Source: Utricularia gibba (lineage: Eukaryota > Plantae > Magnoliophyta). From it: a stretch of DNA of 64,000 nucleotides. The DNA is taken from contig NEEC01000002.1 in assembly GCA_002189035.1 (NCBI GenBank), forward strand, positions 4,588,001 through 4,652,000, given 5' to 3'. Positions 24,562 to 37,309 of this stretch are shown here, one piece after another; the stretch's first letter is position 1; each line of letters opens with the position of its first letter. The notes under the pieces were generated by a model. That model searched no databases and was not told the DNA's origin. It saw only the letters and a list, made by a program, of their open reading frames with translations. The position numbers and the translations under genes are program-made.

Positions 24562-25446
24562 ACCAGGTCTCCTTCCGAGAATTCCCTTGGGGATATAGAC
24601 TTGTTGTAATTCTTTTCCGTTCTTCTTTGATAAGCCCTTAGTCGGCTATACTGCTTCTTTGATAATTCTTTTCCATCCAAAGGGTCTTCAGCGTCAATTC
24701 GATTGGGCATACTGCTTCCGATCTATAAACCAATAAGAAGGTGGATTCTTCCGTAGTGGTTCGAGGGATGGTGCAATATGACCATAGCACCTCATCCAAT
24801 CGATCTACCCATGACCCTCCAAAATCCTTAAGTTTGGCTTCATACCTTCCCTCAGCATTCGGTTCGTTTCCTCTGTAACACCATTGCTTTGATGGTTATA
24901 TAACGAAGTGAAGTTGTGCTTGACTGAATACTTATCCAGGAATGCATCCATCTTTCCTCCAGCAAACTAGGTCCCGTTATCGGTCACTAGTTCTCGAGGT
25001 AATCCGAATCGGATGAAGATGTTTCTCCATAGAAATTGGATAAGTGTCTCCTCTGATATTTTTGCCACAGCATCTGCTTCCACCCATTTGGAGAAATATT
25101 CGACTCTCACGATGATAAATTTCCTCTGACCCGAGGTTTGGGGTAAGGGCCCCATGATATCCAGCCCCTAGCAGTCAAACGGGCACAAGAGTGGTAAATT
25201 TACCGGTTGTCTTGATATGCTTATATGGTACTGGCATACCTCTCACTTCCTCACCACTTCAGTAAATTCTTGCTTCATAGTTGGCCAATAGTATCCGCTT
25301 CTCCTTGCCTTTCTACACAATGATTGTATCCCAACATGACTGCCGCATTCTCCTTCGCGTAATTCGGTGATAAGCTCTTGAGAGTGTTTTTCCCAATACA
25401 CCTTAGTAGAGGTCCATCAAAGGATCTTCGGTAGAGAATTCATCTA

Positions 25447-26049
25447 CTAGTGTATATCTCTTGGCTCTCTAACCTCCAGTTGTCGGGCTTCCGATTTTCC
25501 AGGTGGTGTCTCTCCGTTTCGCAGATACCGGATGTAAGACGACATCCAATCTTCGAGGAGACTAAGCTGCAGAGAGATGTCGTTCCCTGGTTTCTGAGTG
25601 ATATAGTTCATCATTCGTAAGATTACTGAAGGTTGATCCCGCAATCGGATCATCAGACTCCCTTCTTTTAACTCTAGAAATCCTGCGGCAAATTGGGCGA
25701 GGCTGTCCGCGGATCCGTTTTCCTCGCAAGCCACATGTGACAGGGTAAACTCCTTGAAAGTCTTTGCCAACTCCTTCACCTTAACACAATACAAAGCCAT
25801 TAAGGGGTCATGCGTTTCATACTCACCCGAAAACTGTCCTTGCACTAGCCGTGAATCAGTGTAAACGTCGAGTTCTACAACTCCAAGCTCCTTGGCTACC
25901 TTCATTTCTTCAATCAAGGCTTCGTATTCAATGACATTGTTGATGGCGGGGAATGAGAATTTCACTGTGATGTAAATATGATCCCCATCCCGAGTTGAAA
26001 TGTGAATTCCTCCTCCAACCCCGTTGTACGTAGAACCTTCGACATACAT
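25447..26049 (-). pseudogene. Additional archaeal-type RNase H domain of the Tat element
   Basis: NNVIEYEALI...AKELG...YTDSRLVQGQ matches the aRH motif NNxAEYEAL...DSxLV. Confidence 0.85.
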
Positions 26050-29000
26050 GGCTCATTAGTCGTTGATTTCCACAAACCAGTCAATAGGCCCAGTCATTTC
26101 GACCACAAAATCAACTAGATGCTGGGCTTTGATCGTTGTTCTTGATGTGAACTCGATATCCATTGTGCTTAACTTGACGGTCCATTTGGCCAGCCTTCCA
26201 AAAATTTTGGTTCGAGACAGAATGTTCCTCAACGGTTGGTTGGTGAATACCATGATATGCCAATCTTGGAAATACGATTTCAGCTTAGTAGCCGTCATTT
26301 TCAGAGGCAAGATGAATTTCTCTATCACTGGGTATCGGGTTTCGGCTGGTAACAAAACCTTGCTCACATAATACATCGGCAAGTATTTTTCTCCTAAATG
26401 GTTGTCAAGACTGCACTGACCACGGCTGGTGATATTGGTAGGTAGAGCCCCAAGGGTTCTCTCTCCTTTGGAGCCACCAAAAGTTGAGGGATGAAAGATA
26501 TTCCTTGAGTTTCTCAAAGACAACTCGACAATCCTCGTTCCATTCTACAGTGCTTCCTTTTCGAAGTGCCTTGAAGAAAGATGTTGAATTATCGGCCGAC
26601 CGAGATATGAACCGGCTGAGAGCAACCAATTTACCTGTGAGGCTCTGATACTACTTTATTGTTCATGGGGGTTGCATCTCACATATTGTCTTGATCTTTG
26701 CGGGTTCGGCTTTGATCCCTTTCTCCGATACATAATGCCCAAGGAATTTTCCGCTTTGTACTCCGAAGGGCCCCTTTCTCACATTTCAGCAGGTTGAGTT
26801 TTAATCCATATGACCAACATAGAGAGAAACAAGAGTCCAAATATGCCAAATGATCTTCTTCATTCATGGATTTTACGATCATATCGTCCACATACACCTC
26901 CATAGAAGTGCCGATTTTAGAAAAAAAGATTTTAATCACCAATCTCTGATAAGCAAACCCCAGCATTCTTCAAACAGAAGGGCATCGCAACATATCAGTA
27001 AACCCCATCTTTGGTGTAGAAGGTGGTTTTCAGCTGGTCCTTGTTTGCGACAAAGATCTGGTGATATCTGGAATATGCATCTATGGTGCTCAGGAATCGG
27101 GATCCAGCAATGGCATCTACCAACTTGTCAATCTTCGACAAGGGGTAAGGATCCCTCTCGAAGCAGGCAATGAGTTTGGTGAAGTGAACACACATTCTAC
27201 ATTTTCCCCCGGGCTTCGGGACGACGATAGGGTTGGCTACCCATTCGGAGTACTAGATCTCCTTCACGTATCCGGCTTCCAGTAGCTCTCTCGTTTTCTC
27301 ATTGATGATCCGGCACTTTTCTTCAGAAAAATGCCATTGTTTTTCCCAAATCGGCTTTGCTTCCAGATAGGTATCAATGTGATGTTCAGCAACAGATCGA
27401 TCGATACCTACAAAGTCTATAGCTGTCTAGGCAAAAATATCGACATTATTTCTCAGAAGTTCTGGAAACCTTTTCTCAAATTCGGCGTTTAAGTTGGTGC
27501 CAATGTGGGTCCTCTTCTATAAATCTCCCGGTACTAACTGTAGTGACCAGTACCCCACCGGTTCAATTGCCTGCCAGGGAGGCTCTCGGGGTTCTTTTTC
27601 CACCATCATTATTCTTGGTTTCTTTGCGCAGAGATCTCAGCAAGAAGACACATAACAGGATCGGGCGGCTGATTGGTCGATATCCAGCATATAGATGCCC
27701 CTTGGTGTTGGAAACTTAACTTTCAGATGCACAGTTGAGGGTAACATACCAAATGGGTTGATGCCAAGTCGGCCAAGAATGATGTTATATGAGGTCTCCT
27801 AGTCAAATATCAAGAATTCCAGCCTTTCTGTCCGTTTTCGCCCTGTAGCACCGAATGTCATGGGCAAGGTTATTTTTCCAACTGTCTGCACAGCCCATTG
27901 ATCGAAAGCATATAATTCCATGTGGATTGGGCGTATATCTCCCTCCTTGGATGACACGAGTAATTCGGCCACCTCCTTCTTCATGATGTTGCAAGAGGAT
28001 CCCTGGTCAATGAGGATCCTTCATAGCTTGGTGCTTCCGCATATCCCTGCCACCACCAGGGATTCATTCTGTGCTATCGAACTGATGGGGGAATCTCTTT
28101 CAGAGAAGGTGACTTCTTCTTTCTTCCAGGAAGCTCTTTCAATTCGATTTTTCCCGATCTCGAAGACCTCTCCCCTCTTCAACTCATCCAAGTACCTTTT
28201 CCTCGCCTTTCCTGACTCATTGATTTCGGTCCACCCGAATACCACGTGGATTTCCTGAATATAAGGGGGCTGTCTTGCACCTTATTGGCATCTCTTGAAC
28301 ATTCCGGTTTGTCCTGTCTCCTTTCGAGGATTGGGTTTCTGCTGGCATGGGGGGCAACTCCTGATGGCCTAGGAAGGAATTTTGGATATCGGTTTCCCTC
28401 GTTCCCAAGGTGTTCGTGACGTCCCCTTTTGCGTTCCATCACTTCTGAGGGGTTCTGTGTCGCACCATTGCCCCCATTGTTAGCATGATACTAATCGATC
28501 ATTCTTTTCATTACCCGACAGTCGATGGTGTCATGCCTTGTCGTTTTATGTATCTCGCAGTAGGTTTCCGCTCCGGCCGGTTCCACTTGATATACTTCGC
28601 GACGCATGTTTGGCCATGGAATCTTTACGGTTTGCCCCTCTTGCTACGGTACCGTCCGAATATCCACCCGGCTTCTCATTTCGGCTTTGAGCTCATCGTC
28701 AACTCAGATGTACTTCATTATCTTCCTAAGGAGTTCCCCAGATTTTTGAGTGGAGACTTCGATAAGCTCTGCACTAGCTTTGGCATCCCAAAAGCCCGTT
28801 TCATTATTTACACTCTCTCCTTCAAATCCAACTGAACGTCCATCACTGAGCAATTGAGTCGGTCGATGGACCTTCTAAGACTCTCTTTTCGGTGGTCGTA
28901 TCAGATGGAATACAGCGCCGCCTTGGATGGTGGGGCCTCAATGTTGACGACGTATCGGGTCATAAATAACAGTACCAATTCCCGATAAGACCCCGCGCTG

Positions 29001-29872
29001 CATAGTTCTAACTGCTTGAACCAAGTCTTTGATGCCTTTTGGAGCGAACAGGCGAATAGTTTGCACTTCATAGCTTCCGAATGCCGGACCGTTGCCATTC
29101 TCATGTTTAAGTCAGTCACATAAGATATGGGGTCCCCTTTTCCGTCATACGTGGGTAGTCCTTCGGGGACCTGGAATCCCCTCTCTGGCTTTTCCCTGAT
29201 TAGCTCATCCGAGAATGGGTCAAAGCATAGTGTTGGGGTACCTACCACTCCTTCGGCACTGCTCTTCAAAGCCAAATCGATATCGGCCAAAACATCCCCT
29301 CTCCTAGTGCATACGTTTTGGTCGAACGCGTCTTTGAACCCTCTACTTTCTCTAGCCTTGGGTGGTGTTTGTCGGTAGACCAACCTTTTCTTCTCATGAA
29401 TTTCTTCTACTTCTCTCCTCAACTCTTCTTCCCTTTTTCCCAGAATTTCGCTAGTCGTACTTCCTCTCCTTCGCTATACCTGGCTCATAGATGACCTCGT
29501 TGCACCTCTTCCTTCGCAACATCTCCACTTTGGTTTTGGATTTGATCTCCATTTCATGGAGATACTCTGGTGTCAGGGGTTGCTTACTTGCTCACCGTTT
29601 GGTTTCGGGTGTCCCCTCCTGTTTGTTGAAGTTCAGCCTGGAGGATGGTTTCAAGTCGGAGAGTATCTCTCTCATAAGGGCTTTGAGCTGTTCCCTACTG
29701 ATAACCATGAGGCCGGGGTTTTGTATGCCTACACTGTCCTCATTGTCGGGGTTGGTGGTCATGCTGTTTTCTGCCATAGTAAACGTTCGATGAGCGGCTT
29801 CGATGGATTTCTCGACCATAGCATTCTTATAACGTGTTCCTGGCCTTTCTTGACTAGCTTACCCCATAGAGA

Positions 29873-30490
29873 TGCCTCAGACATGTCTGACATATTTAGC
29901 CATGAATCCCATGGTTAAAACCATGTTGCTAGGAGTGTGGACCCACACTCCTCGCCATTGCCTAACATATATTCACATAGAACATAGAAAAGGAACATTG
30001 AGCACTACACCTCGAAAGGGAACGCTTGTTTGGAAACTGACCAACAAGAGCACCTAGTCCTTGGAAGAAAACAATTTAGGTTTTGAAAGAAGAATTTTAG
30101 GGACTCTAAATAGAGTTGAGGCACCAAGACCAGAAAGACGTGTCCTGCTAGACTTTTCACACATTGAAAAACAAGTAGAAGAAGTAGGTTCATGAAAACA
30201 GGGAAGAACACTTTCCAAAACAAAACAATAACACATAGGCAATCAACCACATATGTTCTAGAGAAGCATCAAAACATGCTTCTAAAGAGCAGTAGCACTC
30301 ATCCCACTTACCTTGTCCCCTACAGAAGTAATCCCTTCCTACAACTAGAATCAAGAACTTCCCCTTCTCACTAGCTGTATTTCCTACCTCCTCCTCCTCT
30401 TCAACTATGATTCTCCAAGTTTTTTCCAAAATGACTCCATCCATCGAAACCTAAGAGACACCATGAGTCAGCATCCCCCTTATCTTGAGG
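29873..30490 (-). repeat. Possible chromovirus-type LTR preceded by a PPT
   Basis: The minus strand reads CAAGATAAGGGGGA followed by TGCTGAC near 30473, with a ~600-bp span. No second copy to confirm. Confidence 0.3.
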
Positions 30491-30619
30491 TTGCCATGCG
30501 GCCCTTCCTTTAGATAGAACCTGCTTCATCTCCATTGGTTGACAAAAACAACCTCCATACCCATGTGGGCCTCATCCTTTCTTGATTTCATACATAACTA
30601 TGATCATTAGAGGGGTATT

Positions 30620-31077
30620 ATACTAAACTCCAAATGGATATCGCAGACCATAACAGGTTTTGTGTCGTAGTTTTCACAAAAACAATGATTGGTCGGTTTC
30701 TAACGAGGAGTGTCATCTCTAGAAAGCAATGTTTCTTGTGGTTTATGACAAACCTATCAACTCCAATAGGATTCATGCCCAAGACATGCTCACAACTCTT
30801 TCCAAGGAAATAATACAACTACAAGCACATCAATAACATGCGAAATCAGCAGCACGAGCAAGGGTACACACCCATGGCATTGACAAGCATGGTGGCAAGC
30901 GCATTTGTATGCTAGCCCAGATGTCGATTGTCAAACGGGGTGCACATCCGAATCCCTGGGCCATCTCTTCTTCTCGATTCAAACCAACTTCATTAACCGC
31001 GAAATGACAAGGATGCTGTGTTTCCAAGCACCTTGGTTGGTTCATGTAAGTTCGTATGCCCTTTATGCATAACCTAG
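30620..31077. repeat. Rearranged pieces of the unclassified repeat family in both orientations
   Basis: ~30660-30810 matches the reverse complement of ~11700-11880. ~30900-31065 matches ~12480-12620 directly. Confidence 0.65.
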
Positions 31078-33210
31078 TGCCACGACCCATTGTTAGGGCC
31101 CGGGAAAGATGAGTCGAGCCCACCCAGTCTTAGCTAAAACACTAGAACTCACGGTGTCTTTCATAACAAGATCAAATAATATTAAATTGGGTAATTACAT
31201 ATGTAAACTAGATTTAAGACTTTGTCCAATTACTTTTGTATAATGTAGTTCATAAGTTCATAATGAATTAGATTCAAAACGAAAAGTATATCATACATAT
31301 ATAGATCATACTCACACAAACCTAGTAAACAAGCAACACTACTATATATACATTTCCATATGACTCTAGAAAGCATGGTTGATCTCTAGACCTCTACTAG
31401 CTCCCTTTATCCCCTAAAATAAATAAAAAAGTGGTCATGCTTTTGAGTTTTAATACAAGTCAAATCAAAAAAAAAAGAGTTTATAAAAGAAACTTGAAAT
31501 ACAATGTGAGTCCTCATAGCTATCTTTTCTCAATTTTCATGCCAATCTTGCCATGACCTTGCCATCAGTTCATGATAGGTGGGACATAAGGTACCCTTGT
31601 CCATGGTTCCGCACTCAAGAGAGCCATCTTCGACTATAGAACCACAAACTCAAGCCATACATAACATATCATATCATATCTTGCATAGCTTTCATACTTT
31701 TTTGTCCTTCCACTTATACATGGTGCCTCAGAAATACCTGGCATATTACACATAGTGCCCAAGGGACAACCACATTGCTGAAGATATGTGTCCATATCCC
31801 CTCAATTCTTTCCTAGCTTGTTTATCACATAGTACATAGAGATACATATTGCAATATCATCTTAATAATAATAATAATAATAATAATAGGGGTGGCTATC
31901 AGTGAAAAGAATCATACTTTTGGGACGCAAATATAGCTTTTTTTTGAAATAACACAAAATAACCTACTGCCCTGTTAGAACTTTCATGCAACATAAAAGG
32001 GTTTTGAGCGTAGATACAATCACATCCAAAGTAATGGAAATTAAACACCAACATCACATAGGCACATAAATTTTCATGAATCAATTTCAAAGATAAGTAA
32101 ACTTCAAAAGAAATCATGACACTTATCTTAACACCTTAGACTTTAAACCAAATCTAAAGCTTCGTTCACTAAAGGTACTATAATATTTACTTTCAACCTC
32201 TCCTCCTCGCCTTTGTAAAACTCAAAAATAACCACATGTGGCACACATGCATGACGTACAAGTGGTGCACATGCAAGAGGACATGTGTTGCACATGCAAG
32301 ATGACACGTGGAACACACGCAATGGTGGTCACTTGGATACATTTGATTAGTTAGGTTAGTATGAAGAACAACAAGTTAAAACTAAAGAGCAAAATCTTTA
32401 AAGCTTGAATCCTCACAATCACCTCATCTTATTTTGAGTTTCGTCTCAAAACTCGATTAAAGTCATCTATACCAACTGCGGAATTTCCACGAGTATCTAA
32501 GATTCAACCTCCTAGGTAGCCTCTCATGTAGTATGATTCGACCATTGAACCTTCACCATAGGAATCACCTTAGTTCTCAATTTCCTTTCTTGTCTATCAA
32601 GTATCTTGATTGGTGCTTCTATGTAGGATAGTTGATCATCAACAACAATATATTCAGAAATCACCTTATGTTGGTCGGTATCCAAACATTTTTGTAGTGG
32701 AGAAACATGGAAAACGTTGTGTATTCAGGCATATTCTTCAGGTAATCTTAGCATATATGCCACTGATCCAATTTTTTTCTCAATTTGGTATGGACCAATA
32801 TATGTCGGAGCAAGTTTATTTGTTCTTTTGATCTGGGATACTTCTTTCATGGGAGTAACCTTGAGATATACAAAGTCTCCAACCATAAACTCCAATGGCC
32901 TTCTATGCATATCAACCCATTCTTTCATCCTATTTTGAGCAATCCTTAAATTCTTTTGAACTACAACCACAACATCCTTAGTAATTTTGATCATTTCAAG
33001 ACCTACAATCTGTCTCTCACCTATTTCACTCCAATACATAGGGCTCCTACATTTCCTTCCATACAATGCCTCATAGGGTGCCATATCTATGCTACTATGG
33101 TGGCTGTTGTTGTAAGCAAATTCCATCAAGGCCAGGTACTTGTCCGACGATCCGCCAAATTGTAAAACAAACCTCTTAACATGTAGTTCACTCTTTTAGA
33201 AAATCGTCAC
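31078..33210 (-). mobile_element. Tekay/Del chromovirus 3' end (integrase, chromodomain, 3' LTR 31078-32417)
   Basis: ORF 32725-33129 (EFAYNNSHHSSIDMAPYEALYGRKCRSP, YIGPY). LTR TGTGAGG...GTCGTGGCA, homologous to 51389-52647. Confidence 0.9.
31863..31887. repeat. (TAA)n microsatellite within the Tekay LTR
   Basis: About 8 perfect units; absent from the homologous LTR near 52045. Confidence 0.9.
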
Positions 33211-33547
33211 TCGATAACTCATCTTCGAGATGCTACTATGTGAAGATAACTCATCCAACCTTAGGGCCTAGGACTTACTGTTAGGCTCCCATTAGTAATG
33301 AGCGAAAATGTGAGCTTAAGATCAAGATCAAGATCCGTATTTGTGAAATGATACTCTAGCTAGGGAGTTTTTAACTTGAGCATAAGTGCTTAAAGAATCT
33401 CACATTATGATCTCATCATAATTTCTATAGCACATAGATCAAGTATAGGATTTTATCATTGATATAAATTTGATCACAATTCAAAGTAAATATCAAAAGA
33501 TAAGATTTTTCAATTAGTTGATTGTCTCTAGAACACATACGCTAACA
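33211..33547 (-). mobile_element. Mosaic, internally deleted Angela LTR 5' fragment
   Basis: LTR start TGTTAGCG at 33547. Consists of several short non-contiguous LTR segments. Confidence 0.8.
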
Positions 33548-35506
33548 TGCCTTATATCAAGCCATTTCTGAACATCTGATTGATGATATTGTAGAGTGTC
33601 AATCAATCAAAGAAATATGGGACACTCTCAAAGCCCATTATGACGTTGATGTCAAACTTCGAGAGATAATATGCAAAAACAAGATAGAGGACTTTGAGAG
33701 GAATAAAATATTGGACAATGAAACCAGACAAGTCTACTATGAATGTACCGTAGAACTTGTGAAGGAGATTCAGGGATTAAGAGAAAAACCTGAGGACAAA
33801 AAGGTTATTAGCATGGCAATCATGAGCCTACCTGCAAGATTCGAGTCAATGTGCACTTGAGACATTATTGAAGAAAAGCTCCTCAAGTTGTATCCTGAAT
33901 ATTCAATTACACTAGAGCCAACATTTAGAGAGTTTATGATTAAGTTGTAGTCTAAGGAAAAAGTATTGGAACTAACAGACAGTTATGAGGTTGACAAAAT
34001 GGTGAAGCTGCTCTACTGATGAGTGGAAAATTCTAAAGGTGTCGTATGCCTAAATGTTTTCCCATCCAAAGATATTTCTAAAACTAATTTAGGTTTTGCA
34101 ACACATTCACAAAGAAAATAATGTAGTAGTGGTAAGTGCAGGTTGGGCCACAGGGAGCAAATGGTTTTTAGTTGTAAGTCCTGTATGCAAGCGGCATTTA
34201 ATAGGGGTTTTGTCGGGTAATGGCTCTCTATGCTAAAGAAATTAGTAAAAATTCCAACCTCTTGCAAATCTATTTCAATGATCATAAAAGTTATATTTTC
34301 TCGCTTCAAGATCAAAGCAACCTTTGGCACAAATATTTTGGGCACTATAGCTTCAACAATCAAAACATATTGCAAAAGAATAATAAAGTACTAAAATTGA
34401 AAGACCTTAAGTTTGCTGACACTATACGTGGAGTGTGACATCAAGGTAAACAGTATAGAAAGCCATTTTATTCTAGTGATTCAACAGCAAAAGAGAAATT
34501 AGAACTTGTGCATATAGATGTTTGTGGACCATTTAAAAAATGTTCATTAGGGGAAGTAGAATTATTCACGTTATTGTTGGGTTTACTTTCTTAAAAGAAA
34601 ACCGAAAGTTCCTCATATCTTTCAAAAATTCAAAGTGATGACTGAAAATCGGAGTGGATGCTCCTTAAAAATGATTAGGTTAGACAATGGAATAAATTTT
34701 ATAATAATAGCATGGAATGTTTTGTGAGCATGAGGAAATCATTCATCAATTCACAAGATTATATTCCCCACAACATAATGGTACATGTAAAAGGAGGAAT
34801 AGAACAATTCTTTATATGTCAAGATGTCTATTGTTTTTAGAAAGATCTTCCTGTCAATTTCTAGGCTGAAGCGGTATCTACGTTTGTATATCTATTGAAC
34901 TTGCTTCCATGCTTGGCGATTGGTGGAAAGACTGTTCAAGAGAAATGGCATTGTTATATTAAAAATCTTTGGTAGTTTGTTTTTTACTCATATACCATAT
35001 CAAAAACAAGGAAAACTTGATAAGAAATCTGTATCTAGTGTGTTTGTTAGTTATAGCAACACTACCAAAGAATGTAAAGTTTATATACTTGATTAAAATA
35101 AATTTATCTTCAATCATGATGTTTCTTTTGATGAAGGTCAGAAAGTATACTTTAATTAATGATTGTCTTTCTTTAAATGATGCAGAAGCTCATAAAAATC
35201 ATGGAGGGCATGAAACAAAACAACTCTTCCAGCAATTCAACCAACCAAGAGACAAAAGATAGAAAATGAACATATATAGGTGAATGAGAATTTAGAATCA
35301 ACCTTAGAACTCATATATGAATATTCAAATCAAGTAAATGATCAATATTGAGATGGAAATCTCCCACCTCCAAAGGAAGAGAACGTCACAAATGCACATA
35401 ACTCATCAAATGATAATTCAAAATCAACCTCAGAACCCTAATATGAATAATCACTTCAGGCAAATGATCAATATTCAAATGGGAATCTCCCACTCCCAGA
35501 AGAGGA

Positions 35507-35712
35507 GAAAGACACAAATGTAGATGAGTCACCATGATGAATCTGATAGAGAGGAACCTGCCACTGATGATGAGGATTATTATCCATCTAATCATGATTG
35601 GCGAGGAAGGAAAGGCACAAATGTAGATGAGTCACCATGATGAATCTGATGGAGAGGAACCTGCCACTGATGATGAGAATTATTATCCATCTAATCATAA
35701 TTGGCGAGGAAG
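35507..35712 (+). repeat. Tandem duplication, 2 x 103 bp
   Basis: Units 35507-35609 and 35610-35712 differ at 4 positions. Confidence 0.9.
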
Positions 35713-35855
35713 AAAAGGTAAAAGGATCAGACAGTCAACAGATAATGAAGATGATTCATTACTAACATAAGACGAAGCAAAAGGAACAAAACACCTACAA
35801 TAAGTTTCTCCAAGTTGAATGACAAAGTTCAAGATATTGTAGCTGATATTTTTTC

Positions 35856-37309
35856 TAATGGTGTATGTGTTCTAGAGACAATCAACTCATTGACAAATCT
35901 TATCTTTTGATATTTACTTTGAATTGTGATCAAATTTATATCATTGATAAAATCCTCTACTTGATCTATGTGCTATAGAAATTATGATGAGATCATAATG
36001 TGAGATTCTTCAAGCATTTATGTTCAAGTTAAAAACTCCCTTGCTAGAGTGTTTGTGAAATGAGGATATCACAAATACGGATAAGCTAGCACACATTGAG
36101 TTCCCTAAACTGTTTAGGCAATGGTTCTCACAATTGACGTAATGAGATTACTAGAACCTATGTGTGGGTGTTGATTAGAGAATCGATTCACTGGATGACT
36201 CATCTTCGAGATGCTACTATGGGAAGCTAACCAAGTGTCAGTAGCAAGATCTCGAATATGACAGTCGTGCAAGTCAACTTAGACTTGAGGTCAAAAAAGT
36301 TATCTTGATCTTAAGCTCACATTTTCGCTCATTACTAATGGGAGCCTAACCATGGCTTGCCTAGTATGGATGAGTAGGGATGTGAATTCTTAAGGTTGGA
36401 GATAGTTGATTGATCAATAAAAGATTCATCACTCATGTTAGCGATGAGATCATATCTCAAGTAATTCCATCAAAGCCTAACAGTAAGTCCTAGGCCGAGG
36501 GTAATGACACTCGAATTCTTTGAATAGGTCATTGAGTGTTAATGCTTGAATGCAATTATAAGTTCGATACATCACAAAGACACACACCCATGTTCTGGTA
36601 TCGAATGAGATATAAGTATGATGAAAGCTGTTCATTGCATGGTGGCTGATCATGGAAAGGCTCAATTTGTTCACCTGATTATTCTTTAATCCTTGGGATC
36701 ATGATACGTTGCTAGACATCACTCATGATCGATAATGATGGATTTGATTAATTAAGAGTTAATTAATAAGTCCATTATTACGGCCTTGATTGAGGAAGCG
36801 TATAGGGTCACACACAATAGTAGAGTCACTCATCGATATAAAATAGAATGACACAATTACATGAGATGCAATTGGTAAAGTGGATAAATTAAATAGAAAG
36901 TTATTTTGAGATTAATATTGATTAAACTCAAAATAAAAGATCTCATATAGATATGATTTGATATGTCACAAAATATCTATCGAAAAAGATTTAGATCTTG
37001 AGATCTGCTCCAAAGGTTTTCGTGCTCTCTGAGACTGATCCACAAGGAGGCTTTTTTCTCTACTAGCACCTGAGAAATTCGACTAGCATTCAAGAGCCTT
37101 GAGAAGGTTATTGACGGAGTGCTCCACGTGTGGATATGATAGAGGCCGTCTGCTATTGGCGGTTGGTGAACAACGGAGTCATCTGAAAGGTATTTTGAAC
37201 ATCTCTGAATCTGACGTTTATCGTATTTCAAGATCTGCGATTGGGGTTTCTCAAAATTTTTAAAATTCCGCTGCTTTTGAGACATACGATGTCTACGAGA
37301 AACCCAACA
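35856..37309 (+). mobile_element. Angela solo LTR (1454 bp) inserted between copia integrase and RT
   Basis: Eroded start TAATGGTGTATGTGTTCTAGAGACAATC, end ...CCCAACA, near-TSD TTTTC/TTTGC. The host sequence rejoins across it. Confidence 0.85.

Larger units (their letters stand above)
19646..29870 (-). mobile_element. Tat/Retand-type Ty3/gypsy element, degenerate, with two Athila LTR insertions; LTRs not clearly resolved
   Basis: gag 28901-29422 (PTYDGKGDP, KCKLFACSL), protease near 28000, RT 26600-27300 (YVDDMIV), RNase H, archaeal RNase H, integrase with GPY motif near 23170, and an antisense ORF in the 3' region. Confidence 0.85.

Noticed and set aside
29931-29952. 10-bp perfect inverted repeat AGGAGTGTGG-AC-CCACACTCCT
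   Set aside because: Single occurrence, with no second copy to test conservation. It could plausibly arise by chance in 64 kb.
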